64,000 bases of DNA from contig NC_043020.1 in the NCBI RefSeq assembly GCF_006345805.1, forward strand, positions 24,738,001-24,802,000. The letters run 5' to 3'. The position numbers and the translations under genes are program-made. A model generated the notes under the pieces. That model saw nothing but the letters and a program-made list of their open reading frames with translations, had not been told where the DNA came from and searched no databases. Positions 1 to 13,149 of the stretch are shown one piece after another (position 1 is the first letter of the stretch; every line of letters begins with the position of its first letter). Source of the DNA: Octopus sinensis. Lineage: Eukaryota.

Positions 1-584
1 ATCACATAAGTAACACAAAATAATTGGAAATGATGGTCGCAGCAGGAAGTTTTTGATCACCGATATGCTGTAAAGAGCTGACCTTGGGTTAAACCACGGC
101 ACAGAATATACCACAGAAAACACACACACTACACATGCATAAAGTTCGAACACACACCATACTACAAAACAATACACGGACGCAACCGAAAAGCACCGAG
201 CGAGAACAGAACAGAAAATACAACGAAATAAATGCAAATACATAAAACACGCAAAATACAATACAACTAAGAGTACACAATATGGCGGAAAACGCAACCA
301 ATACAACGACGAAACTCTGAAAGCAATGCTTCAACCGCAGCACAATATCTCAAGAACGCAACACAACACTCAGTTATATATTACAATGGTGACAGACACA
401 CCACAACCCTGAGAAAAACAACAACACAAACACCTGAAAAAAAAAATAAACTTCATAGAAATAGAAATTAAATATATAAAACAACCACAAAATGTTATTT
501 CAAACAAATGATATTTCAAACAAGAATCAACTTGAGAAATATAAAATTAATTAAGATAAAATTTAATAATTTCATAATTAAATA

Positions 585-648
585 AATAAATAATAATAAT
601 AATAATCATAATAATAATAATAATAATAATGATGATAATAATAATAAC

Positions 649-685
<37 letters not shown>

Positions 686-691
686 TAATAA

Positions 692-722
<31 letters not shown>

Positions 723-760
723 AAGAAGAAGAAGAAGAAGAAGAAGAAGAAGAAGAAGAA
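585..760. repeat. compound microsatellite (TAA)n followed by (GAA)n
   Basis: Directly visible. It explains the poly-F/poly-Y ORF 578..871. Confidence 0.95.
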
Positions 761-1203
761 AATTATTTCGAAGAGAAACCAAACGAACGAAAGGAAACTA
801 AAAAGGAAGCGAATAAACAAACAAAAATTCAAATATTCAGACAGACAGGCAGACGGACAAGAGTCAGACACACAGACAGACGAATACTAAAAGAAAAAAG
901 TGCTTCTGTAGAAAACCTGTTTTATTTTTTTATTTATATTTAAAATGATTTAGCTATTTCTATTTTCCAAGTTCTTTTTTAATTTAAAATTTAATTTAAA
1001 TATTTTCGTTTTCATATTTCATTCATATGTTGTTATATCAATTTCGTTGTTAATTATTTCACCTTTTTCTCCTTTATTTCAATCATTTGTATTATGATAA
1101 TTATAATTTTGATTACAATTGTGATTTCGGTGACGATAATTAAGGTTACGATTAAAATTACGGTTAAGATCGGCATTGTGATTATGATTACAGGGACTAT
1201 ATT

Positions 1204-1633
1204 GGTTTTAAATGCTGGCTCGAGGCTAGCAATTTCGAGAGATAGGGATAAGCTGATTACATCGTCCCCAGTGCTGGACAGGTAATTATTTTACCGACCC
1301 CGAGAGGGATGAAAGCAAAGTTGACCTCGGCCGAAGTTGAACCCACAGCGTAAAGACGGATGAAATGCTGCTAAGCATTTTTCCCGGCGTGCTAACGATT
1401 CTTATTTCTTTAATGCCCACAAGGGGCTAAATATAGAGAGGACAAACAAGGACAGACAAAGGTGCTAAGTCGATTACATCGACCCCAGTGCGTAACTGGT
1501 ACTTAATTTATCGACCCCGAAAAGATGAAATGCAAAGTCGACCTCGGCGGAATTTGAACTCAGAACGTAACGGCAGACGAAATACGGCTACGCATTTCGC
1601 CCGGTGCGCTAACGTTTCTGCCATCTCGCCGCC
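1204..1633 (-). mobile_element. two adjacent copies of tRNA-derived SINE family B
   Basis: Reverse complement of GGCGGCGAGCTGGCAGAA..GTTCTGAGTTCAAATTCCGCCGAGGTCGACTTTGCCTTTCATCCTTTCGGGGTCGATAAATTAAGTACCAG, with a B-box-like GTTCAAATTCC. The same motif recurs dozens of times in the window. Confidence 0.85.
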
Positions 1634-1832
1634 GTCTAGAGGCAATATTAAAATTTTAAAACAAAAGCAGCCGCAAGAATGAATTACTTGAAAGAAAAAC
1701 AAAAAAATCAAATAGCGAAACCATTTGAAGGAATGAGAAGGAACCGAAAGTTGAACAGAACGAAGAACAAGAAATGAAAAAAGAAAAGGTGGACCAGCTA
1801 AGATCGCGTCTTTATTCCAATGTGTAGATCCA

Positions 1833-2040
1833 AGGAGGCGAGCTGGCAGAACCGTTAGCGCATCGGAGAAAATGTTTAGCAATATTTTCTTCCTGTTTAT
1901 TTTTATGTTCAGAAGTCAACTCCCCCCGAAGCCTTTCTTTTCGGGATCGATAAAATGTCAACCAAGCACTGGGGTTGATGTAATCGACCAATCCCCTCCT
2001 CTAAAACTGCTACACACGTACCAAATGTTGAAAGCCATTT
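1833..2040 (+). mobile_element. SINE family B, diverged copy
   Basis: GGCGAGCTGGCAGAACCGTTAGC head, then GGATCGATAAAATG and GCACTGGGGTTGATGTAATCGAC body. Confidence 0.75.
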
Positions 2041-2692
2041 TTGTGCATTGATCTGTTAGGAGTAGCGGCAAAACTCTCAGAAACCACATTCTCCTAACTA
2101 AAACGGAACCAGAAGAGTCGAAGGGTTGCGCTAGAGGAGTTAGTGGTATGCATCTGCGTAAAATATGGGGCTGCCACCATTAAAAGATTAACTTGGATCT
2201 GTGGATCACGAGCAGTTTATCCTGAATCAATACAGGAAAGAAATAGGTTGGGAGCTAAATCAGGAACGCGTTCAGAAATGTGGCGGAACCCAGATCAGAA
2301 ATGTAGGGGCACTCAGATCAACACAGGCTTACGTTTTAATATTTATATAGATACCTTCTTTGAATTGTTTGCTAAAACAATTTTAAAGCTCTGAATAAAA
2401 TTTTTCGTTCTAGAAATTTTAAATCTTCCAAGTAATATATGACGTCATTGACCGCCTCCACTCATCTTTGCATAACTTCTTTGTCCCCGCCCACGCGCCT
2501 TTAAGACCTAATCATCGTTTCTTAATCTTATTTTATTATCATCATTATTTGTATCTCTACAAACGCTTGTGGCTAATAAGGACATTATTACCACTTGTAT
2601 TTTTTCCTGCTGGCCGTGGTGGTGGGGAGGTATGTCGTTTTGGTTTTATTAGCCACGAGGTCCCTAAGTGACTATAAATGACGAAAAGATTG

Positions 2693-2724
<32 letters not shown>

Positions 2725-3140
2725 GAGTAAAATGGTGGTTTGGGTAAAATATTGTTTGATATTCTTTTGTTGCTATTCCGATCTTTTGTTGTTTGGATTC
2801 CATTTTTCTTTCTTTTGTATTGCACCCTCGAACCCCCATCCTCCCCAACACACACCAACAATAACCACAGCCGTGGCGTAACTATTACCGCGCCATCTTT
2901 TTCTAAGAAACAAGATATTACCAAGCAATAATATTATATTCCTCCATGTCACACAATGCATACACACCAACACGCCACCAGCAGCACAAACTAATCCCCG
3001 TTCCACCAGCACCTCCCTCTACGCGAAATACAACAATTCTGATCACAACCACCCACTCCTACTATTACCACATCCCCACTATTTTTCTACTACAACTACA
3101 ACTACTACCACCACCACCACCACGGTGACTACTACTAGTT

Positions 3141-3353
3141 AACCTTTCTATTATAGGCACAAAGCCTGAAATTCGGGGGAGGGGGATAGTCGATTACATC
3201 GACCCCATTGTTTGACTGGTATTTATTTTATCGACCCCGAAAGGATGAAAGCTGAAGTCGACCTCGGCGGCATTTGAACTCAGAGCGTAGCGACAGGCGA
3301 GATACTGCTAAGCATTTCGGCCGTCGCAATAACGATTCTGCCAGCTCACTGCC

Positions 3354-3402
<49 letters not shown>

Positions 3403-3597
3403 TAATAATAATGATAATGGTTTCAGGTTTTGGTACAAGGCCAGCAAATTAGGGGGAGGAGTTTAACTCGATAACAACGAACTCGAAAGAATGAAAGTCG
3501 ACCGCGGTGGGATTTGAACTGAGAACGTAAAGATGGACAAAATGCTGCTGAGCATTTCGCCCGGTATGTTTAGCGATTCTGCCAGCTCACCGCCTTA
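3141..3597 (-). mobile_element. two head-to-tail SINE family B copies joined by a (TAA)n tail
   Basis: Copies at ~3141-3355 and ~3419-3597 are separated only by (TAA)n at 3356-3418. Confidence 0.85.
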
Positions 3598-4232
3598 ATA
3601 ACAACAACAACAATAATAACAGTGACGCTGATTTCCAATATTTGCCAGAGGGGTATCAATGAAAGGACATTCCAAAAAAATCAGGTAACATGAAGCACGG
3701 ATTGGAATGCGAGTTTTACAGAAACCTTATGAGGATTCAATAAATGAAACGACAAAAATAAGAATGGCGATTGTGACTAAGCCGATGTCGACGATGAAGA
3801 CAGAAACAGACAGAAAGGGAGAGGAAGAGTGGCAGAAAGAGGCTGTGCGTGCGCGTACACATGCGTGCGCGCATGTATGTGTGTGTGCTGGAGAGTTATA
3901 CAACCATATGGTAGAAAACCAATACTTGGCTGGATTTGTTATTGCGTCAAAATCCCCGATGGATGAGAGACGAGATACACAGTTCCACTAGTTCAAACGC
4001 CAAAACAAAAAAAAAGATAGGTCTGTGACTGATCAAATATCTATATTTATCCACACACACACGCACATCATATATGCTCAACACTGCATTGATGGATAAA
4101 TAATCGTTGTGGGTTACGAACACTACCAATGGTTTCATGCAAAAGAGATCCTTCACAATTTTTCAAGCGTATTCCATGGGAACGTTGATACTCGTCTCCA
4201 TATTGGATGGAAAACCTGTATATATATATATT

Positions 4233-4281
<49 letters not shown>

Positions 4282-4327
4282 GAGCAAAAGTGAACGTACG
4301 CCGCTATATGTATATACAAATATAAAA

Positions 4328-4425
4328 AATGGAACAATTACGCAATAGAGGACAATAAAACATCCTGACTGTATCGCCTATCTGTCCGAATGTTTTATTG
4401 TCCTCTATTGCGTTTTTGTTCCATT
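4328..4425. repeat. ~46-bp-arm inverted repeat (hairpin) between (TA)n tracts
   Basis: AATGGAACAATTACGCAATAGAGGACAATAAAACATCCTGAC pairs with GTCCGAATGTTTTATTGTCCTCTATTGCGTTTTTGTTCCATT. Confidence 0.9.
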
Positions 4426-4437
4426 ATATATACATAC

Positions 4438-4468
<31 letters not shown>

Positions 4469-6310
4469 ATAGATATATATATATATATATATATTTGGTT
4501 GTGTCCGACAATTGTACTATTTTTACTCAGCAAATTTCCAAATAATTCTTATCTTATATAACAACAAAGTCTGAATCCACTAAAACTAAACAGCACATTT
4601 AAAACAGAAGCCTCAGTAAAAAGCACCAGAAAACACCAACGGAGCGGAAGCACCACCACGACCACCACCACCACCGAAGACACTTCTGTCAAGTACAATG
4701 TTATTACCAGTTCGAATATTCTTATCATCGCTTATCACCCTGTAATTTCTTTCAAGATATTTGGGTTCGAATAGCTGAGAGGAACTAGGACGAGTTTTGT
4801 AAACAAGGAACTCTGATCTGCTCAGAAATTGGCTGGTGATGAGAGGAATTTAGTTACCGGCTCCGTTATTGAATACTATGAACTGAATAGGCAGAGTTGG
4901 TAGAATGGTGGGTAGATGAACTCAGAGTATTTGTCCCGAATCTCTGTGATGTAAGCTCAAATCCTATTGAGAACTGTTTTGTCTTTTATTCTTTCAGGGT
5001 CGATAAAACAAAATACCTGTTCAAGGAGAGAGAGAGAGACAGAGACAGACAGACAGACAGACAGACAGTCAGACAGACAGACAGTCAGAGAGACTGGTGG
5101 AACTGATGGTGATAATGGTGGCGGTGCTGGCGATGATGGTAATAACAGCAATGTCGACGATGATAGCAATGATGACAATAATGTCGATGACGATGACAAC
5201 GGTGCTGCTGATGTTGATAGCGTCGATGACGACGACGACGACGACGACGACAATGATGATTCTAAGCAGAATTTATAATTAATGATGACGAAGATCATTA
5301 TGATGGCGATCAACAATATCCTTACACCGTTCGTTCTTAAGATGTTATCCCGTTATTTGTCAATCGATCTATTTTCCGATCACCAGTTTGTTTGTTGCTC
5401 TTACTACCATTGTTGTTGTTTTCTTCTAAAGAATGAATTGTTTATAGTTTTAGAGATTTGCTTCGCTTTTCATATTCTACTCATCTCTCTTAAACTTCTG
5501 ATTGTCTTCCATCACCTTATTATTATTATTATTATTACCATCATTTCTTTTTGTAATTACTATTTACTTTAATGTTTTCATGTTTATTATTAAAGAAAAT
5601 TATTATTAGTATCATCATTATCATCATCATGACTTTTGTTACGTTTATTTTTGGAATACAAATTCCTTCTTCGCTCTTTCTTTATTGCTCCATACATATC
5701 TCAACCTTCCCCACCCCTTCCACGATTACCAACCATCCCAATGCCTAACGCCCTTCCACATATCCCCACACATTTTCCGACATTATCATTATTATTATTA
5801 TTATTATTATTATGAATAATACTATAACTAGTATTGTTATTGATATTATGGCTATTATCAATGTTATTGTTGTGATTATTATTATTATTATTATTATTAT
5901 TGTTATTATTATTATTATTATTAGTAGTAGTAGTAGTAGTAGTATCATTATTGATGTCGTTGTTGATGCTCTCTTTGTCATTGTCAGCCATTATCGACAT
6001 GGCGAGTGACTGATCGCGTTCTGTCTGGGGCTGCAGATTTATATTAAAACATGTCGGACGGGTGGAGCTGACGACAGCTAAGACCCTGTTTACATCAAAA
6101 ATCGGTTGGCTCTGTCTGTCAGTCGTGTCTTGCTGTCTGTCTGTCATTTCTTGCGGGTCAAGGCCGTCGCATTGTGCGTGGGCGACAAAGGGGGTTTATA
6201 TGCATGCGTGTTTGGGTTTGTTGTTGTTAGCAATATATGCATGTGGGAGACATTCCCGTAGTTTATCTGTCCATGTCTGTGAATGTTTATGGCTGTCTAG
6301 TTCACGCACA

Positions 6311-6360
<50 letters not shown>

Positions 6361-7057
6361 TTGGCTCTCTTGCAGTGTCTTTGTTCTCATCTTCGTCTAG
6401 TCTAGCTACCTGTCTTTCTGCATCCTTGACGTCCCTCTGCCTGCCTTTGTGTGCGCTTGTAATCATATATATATCACACAAACATATTTGCCAGTTCCCA
6501 GAAGATGGCTGTGTGCAGATGCGGTTCCCTAATAATTGTGAATGCCTCTTTCAACGTGTGTGTGTGCGCGCGCGCGTGTTTATGTGTGCGTGTGTGAGTG
6601 CGTGCGCATGTGTGCGTAAATCTGATTGTATTCTTCAGCACCAATGAAATTCTTTTATCTCTTGGATGCCATTGAAATAGTGATATTGCTGTGGTGTTAA
6701 TTAATAATAACAACAAAAACAACAACAACAACAACACAAATAGCAATAATGAAATTAATATTATTATGATTCTTGTAAGAATTATTATTGTTAATGTTAT
6801 TGCTGTTGTTGTTATTCCCGCTATTGTAATTGATGATTGTTGTTGTCAATATTATTACTATTGCATTTAATGTTGTTGTTATTTTCGTTGTTCATGTTGC
6901 TGTTGTTGTTCCATGCAGCCATTGTTGTTGTTGTTATTATTATTATCTTTCCGGGCCAACAACGTTCCATGTTCAAAGCCTCTTCGATACAAACGTGAAT
7001 CGCCTTCCATCCCACTCACTCTCTCATATACATACACACATATATATACATATATAC

Positions 7058-7096
<39 letters not shown>

Positions 7097-7291
7097 GATG
7101 TTTTTGTGAGTGTTCGTCTTCTTTATCATTGTCTTAGTCTATCTACTCTTCTCATTCAATACCTCATGTCAATGCAATAATATACACGCACATATGCATA
7201 TGCACATATATGGATGAGATATGCCTCCTGTCTAACCCTATCATTAAAACCACTGCAACACTGCACATACATACAGGAAGGCATACATATA

Positions 7292-7342
<51 letters not shown>

Positions 7343-7445
7343 ACACAAAAATATAACTATACACTTCCAGATATATTTATATATACACATTCATATAGAC
7401 ATGTATCCATATATATAAATATATATAAATACGAACACACAAGCG

Positions 7446-7500
<55 letters not shown>

Positions 7501-8205
7501 AAATATATATATACACAGACACATACACACCCATAAATATATATACAAACAGACATGCATAGGCACTTCCATACACAATCGGTGCACGCATATTTTTTCC
7601 TCTTTTCACCTTCGTTTTTATTTCACACTCTTTCCCCCCTCTTTCCCCTAGTCTTTCTCACTGTCCACGTTTCAGCTTCATACAGATGCAGCACTATGCA
7701 CCAGTATGCAGCAATATGCACGTACACATGCTTTCATGAATCCATATACACGGGAGTAATGCGTTATCGCAGTAACCAGAATCAGCCTCCCTCTCACACA
7801 CACACGCATGTACACCGACACGCAGACATAGACACAAAAAATACGGTGCATCGAAGCATGCAATCAATTCTATAGGGTAGCATGACCTCAGGTTTCGCTT
7901 TTGGAAAAAGAAAAGAAAAAGGATGTTTATAATTCACAAAACAGGCACCTTACATAATATGTTTGTCACACACAAACACACAGTGACATACACACACACA
8001 CAAACACGTATATTAACACGAGCACATATGCACACAGCCATTCACAAACACGAAACATATGCCACTCAAATGCACAACACACTGTATGGATATATGTGTG
8101 TGTATATATATTGCATGAATATATACATGTATACATTCACAAATGCGTTTATATACATATACATACATGTGCGAAATCATTATACATATATATATATATA
8201 ATATA

Positions 8206-8236
<31 letters not shown>

Positions 8237-8562
8237 ATATAATATACACTCACACGTACATTCCCAAAGTTATATATACACATACACAAACATATATATA
8301 CACACACAATTTTGGGAATGTATGTATGCATATATATCCACACATACATTAAAATGCTGTATATATATATATATATATATACGCATACATACATACATTC
8401 GCAAAAGCTATATATATATATATATATATATATATGACAAATATTTCTTAGGAAATAAAAATTAATCAATATATTTTGTTTCCTATTGTTACATTATCAA
8501 GTATTGGCTTGCATTCTCTGATTGATTTATGGAGCGATGCATATATATATATATATAATATA

Positions 8563-8605
<43 letters not shown>

Positions 8606-9699
8606 GTTTATATATGATATGATATGATATCACTTATTTGTTCCAGTTTTATTCGCTGCGAAAATATATTCGAATCTATTTTATTTTATTTTCCACATCT
8701 CCTGCTGTATAGCCCTGTAAATATGTAAAGACACGCACATATACATGCAGGGAACATTTGTCTTCTCTTTCTAGCAGATCCAACGAGCATATAGAGGACC
8801 TCTTTTTTTTGCCCTTACGTATTATATATTTGCTAATGTTTAATCCCCAGGAGAAGCCTTTTTAAAGAGAGAGACATGTTCAAATGAGTTTATTCCAGAA
8901 ATGCCTTCACGCAACATATGTATATTATACTTCGAGAAGAATAAACTGAAGAATTTTTCAATACATTTCATAAAGTGTGTGTGGTGGTGGTGGTGGTGGA
9001 GGTCTAGGAGGCCGAAACTTTGAATTCATTTTCGCTAATGTGAAATTGCTTTATAACTCGACATAATGACATTTATGTATGTCTGTATACGTTTTTGTTT
9101 TCAATTTTCAAAAGAGTCCGTGGGATTTCAGGGAGATTCGGCCATTATTCCTAGCAAATCATGTGACCACGTGAAAGCTCCATCAGGACTTCCTATAATT
9201 ATAAGTTATTAAGATATATGGTCATGGTTGATTGTTGAGAAACAATTTTTTAAGGTTACATCAAGTATCTCGAGTACCATATATCAATAGACAGGAAATA
9301 TATGAAACTAATCATAACTGTGATTAAAAGATGAAGTTACAAATGACTGATGATTGACAAGGAGTAATTGGCGTCCACGTTTGGCATACGTATGTATATC
9401 TTTGTGTAATTATGCATAGATGTGTTTATATATATGTTTACATGTTTATATATATATATATATTTATGTTCATATATGTGCGCTTACATGCATACAAATA
9501 TGCACATAAACTTCTATAGAAGTAAAAGAAATGGCAGATAAACAAAAGTAAGTGCAAAGAGTGGATTTACATTAAAAATTATGTATATATATATATATAC
9601 ATATTATATGAATGATGCGTTGTAAATATTTTTATTTGTATACGTGATTATATATATGGCTCATGTAGATATGTAGTAATAGGTAAATGTATATAAAAT

Positions 9700-9880
9700 T
9701 GGCTCTCCGTCGTATACGACGACGAGTGTTCCAGTCGGTCCGTTCAACGAATCATGTGAATCGTGAAATTAACATGCAAGTGGCTGAGGACTCCAGACAC
9801 GCGTTCCCAGATTGGATGTGACGCAGAGTGTGACAAGATCGACCCCGTTGCAATACGGGTACAACTCATTCTTGCTGGGT
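9700..9880 (-). mobile_element. 3' part of SINE family C
   Basis: Matches the reverse complement of the 3' half of 40258-40558 (CTCAGCCACTTGCATGTTAATTTC..CGTCGT..CGACGG). Confidence 0.7.
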
Positions 9881-9986
9881 GTCGAACTCACAACTTTACT
9901 AACCATTAAGTCACACCTATTCACTCACATATATGTAAGTGTGTCTCTTTCTCTCTTTCTATATATAGACACATATAATATACACT

Positions 9987-10312
9987 GGAGTGGCAGTGTG
10001 GTAAGAAGCTTGCTTCCCAACCACATGGTTCCGGGTTCAGTCCCACTGCGTGGCACTTTGGGCAAGTGCCTTCTACTATAGCCTCGGGCCAGCCAGAGAC
10101 TTGTGAGTAGATTTGGTAGACGGAAACTGAAAGAAGCCCGTCGTATATATTTGTTGTGTTTATGTCTGTGTTTGTCCCCCCATCATTGCTTAACCGATAT
10201 TGGTGTGTTTACCACCCCCGTAACTTTACAGTTCGTCAAAATAAAGCGATAGAATAAGTACTAAAGAATAAGTCCTGGGTCGATTTGTAATTACTGAAAC
10301 AAGTAAAAGAAA
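9987..10312 (+). mobile_element. tRNA-derived SINE family A
   Basis: GGAGTGGCAGTGTGGTAAGAAGCTTGCTTCCCAACCACATGGTTCCGGGTTCAGTCCCACTGCGTGGCAC head with A/B-box-like motifs, and a GAAACAAGTAAAAGA tail. Homologous to the copies at 18309, 51207 and 55080. Confidence 0.88.
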
Positions 10313-10907
10313 ATTACAAAAATATGTACACACATGTGTTTATACTTATATATCTTACATTATTACATGTATACATATATTTATATACGTGTGTATATGC
10401 GTATATATACGCAAATATCCAGATACACATTTCGGTATCCATATGTGTATATGAATGTGTTTCTGGACTCACACACACACACGTACGTGTACGAACGTAT
10501 ATACATATACGCATATGTGCATACATGTATGTTCGCATATATATATATAGTTCATATATTGCATACATATACACGGATAACTATCATTGAAATAAATCAG
10601 GAGAATGGCTCATCCTGTTACAGTCAAATATTTCTCAAGCGAAGTGGATTTTTTGCAAGAGAGGAACCGAAGCCATTGCTGGTCGTCGAGTCGCCTGCAG
10701 CTTACCTGAGTCTTGCCTTCATCCTGTTCAATAGGCCAATTAGACCCAGAAGCAAACATCTAATTGATTGTTAAATCAGTGCATCGCCACTGGATTTTCA
10801 TTGCTTATTTATGATGCTATGATTTATGGCAATAGTTACACGTGCAGAACTGCATATACACACATATACTGATACATATATACACACACATATATATATG
10901 CTGATAC

Positions 10908-10946
<39 letters not shown>

Positions 10947-11334
10947 CATGTATATACAGATACCCCTATACACATGTATGCTGACATGTGTGTGTGTGCA
11001 TATATATATATATATACATACCACATACATACATATATTATGTATATATTGTGAACTTATCCATATATACTAAATACATATCGAATATATGCATATAACA
11101 TATCGTTTGTTTGTATGTATATATAATTATATATACATACAGTTGCAGGTATGTACATATATATTTACATACACACACGCACACATTTATATATGTACGC
11201 ACGATGATATTTCTATAAACTGCCCAAGCCAATGTATGTGTGTTTGCGCGTGTATGCATATAGACATGTAAGTATACAGGTGAGTGTTTGTGTGTGTACC
11301 TGCGTATCTATGTGATTAGGTATAGATATATGTA

Positions 11335-11752
11335 TGTTTGTGTGTGTGTTTGCACATAAATGCACATATGTAAGAATGTATACACGTAACCGTGTATAAG
11401 AAGTTATACGCATAGATCTATGTGTATATATTCATATATGTGTTCGCACATATGCAAGCAATATATATATATATATACACACACAATCTTTCTCGATTCC
11501 AAACCACCGTACCACCTATCCCCAATTATTTCCAATTATTTTCCTTGTAGCTAATTAAAACTAGCCTTAGCAAGAGAGTTAGACGGAAGACGGTGTGTGT
11601 GTGTGTGTCAGCGTGTGTGCGCGCAAGCGCGTGTTGTGTCTAAGGAGGTTTCATCGTGTTTGAATGTTTACACGCAAACTTTCTATATTCAATATGCGTA
11701 GGGCTGTTTTATATGTACACTTGAGTGTAATTCCTACTTGTGTGTATACGTA

Positions 11753-11809
<57 letters not shown>

Positions 11810-11933
11810 CTTGCATATGTGCGAATACATGTATGAATATATACACATAGATCTATGCGTATAACTTCTTATACACGGTTACGTGTATACATTCTTACAT
11901 ATGTGCATTTATGTGCAAACACACACACAAACA
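11335..11933. repeat. local inverted duplication, ~135-bp arms with a ~330-bp spacer
   Basis: 11335-~11470 is the reverse complement of ~11798-11933, with 2 mismatches seen. ORFs 11213(-) and 11855(+) begin with the same peptide, MRITSYTRLRVYILTYVHLCANTHTN. Confidence 0.92.
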
Positions 11934-12025
11934 CATTTATACACATGAATGTGTGTATGCGTATATATACACACACACCTATATACATATATATACATAT
12001 ATGTGTATGTATATATATATACATA

Positions 12026-12056
<31 letters not shown>

Positions 12057-12196
12057 AAATGTGTGTGTATGCACACAGTGGTATATTGGTATATGCAACC
12101 AGAGGTGCACACGTATATACCTATGTGTATATACAAACACGCACGCGCTGCCTACGTAGCCAGACACACTCCCACACAAGACGAGTATAATTGAGA

Positions 12197-12249
<53 letters not shown>

Positions 12250-12585
12250 CGTATGTGTGTGTGTACGCATGTGTTTGTATGGTTCGGGGTACGTTATATA
12301 AACGACGATTCATTAAATTCCTTGTGACAAGTTCGATAATGAGCATGCGTAATTGGACTTCAACTTCCTCCAGTTCTACTGGTTGCTTACGAACACAGAA
12401 CAAAAACGCTGATCAATATACTTTTACACTTCCGGTACTTAGCTCTCCGTCAAAAACCGATATTGAATATCACGTCAACGCGTCCGTGCGCGAGGACAGC
12501 GTAAACAGCAGATTTGACGTTCGAATTCCATAAGCGAATTTACCGAATTAATCAGCCTTGTATATTCTTTCTTTCTTTCTTTCTT

Positions 12586-12617
<32 letters not shown>

Positions 12618-12639
12618 CCTTTCTCTTTTTCTCTCTATA

Positions 12640-12840
12640 CATTGTTTACCTTTTAAATCATTAGACTGTGGCCACGCTGGGGCACAGCTTTCATTGTAGA
12701 CGAATGAATCGACCCCAGTACATATAAACAATGCACTATTCTATCGGACCCCTTTGCTGAAATTCTCAGTTACGGGGATGTAAGCACATCAACATCGGTT
12801 GTGAAGCGGTGTTGGGGAGAGGACAAACACAGATACAAAG

Positions 12841-12899
<59 letters not shown>

Positions 12900-12970
12900 G
12901 TGTGTGTGTATGACTGACTTTACCCTACTTCCTTCTACCAAATCCACTCACAAGGCTTTGGTCGAGACTA
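12640..12970 (-). mobile_element. SINE family A, 3' two-thirds, with internal (CA)n
   Basis: GACTGTGGCCACGCTGGGGCAC, TATTCTATCGG, CATCGGTTG and CTACCAAATCCACTCACAAGGCTTTGGTCG blocks. Confidence 0.75.
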
Positions 12971-13149
12971 TAGGGACCATTTGCGTGGGGCCGTTTTTGA
13001 ACAGGATGTACTGAATATTTTAATGGGTTTTTTTTCCTTTCTTACGAAAAAATGGAATTCAAAGAAGCCCTCGCTCGGTCGCAGACTTTGACCTTAGAAT
13101 TTCAGTAACAAAGCGGCCCACATTTTGTGTAACATTACACTGACTGACA

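Noticed and set aside
4967-5282. Asp/Asn-rich acidic ORF (also 32202-32708)
   Set aside because: Degenerate GAT/GAC trinucleotide tracts starting inside SINE sequence, with no domain or splice support.
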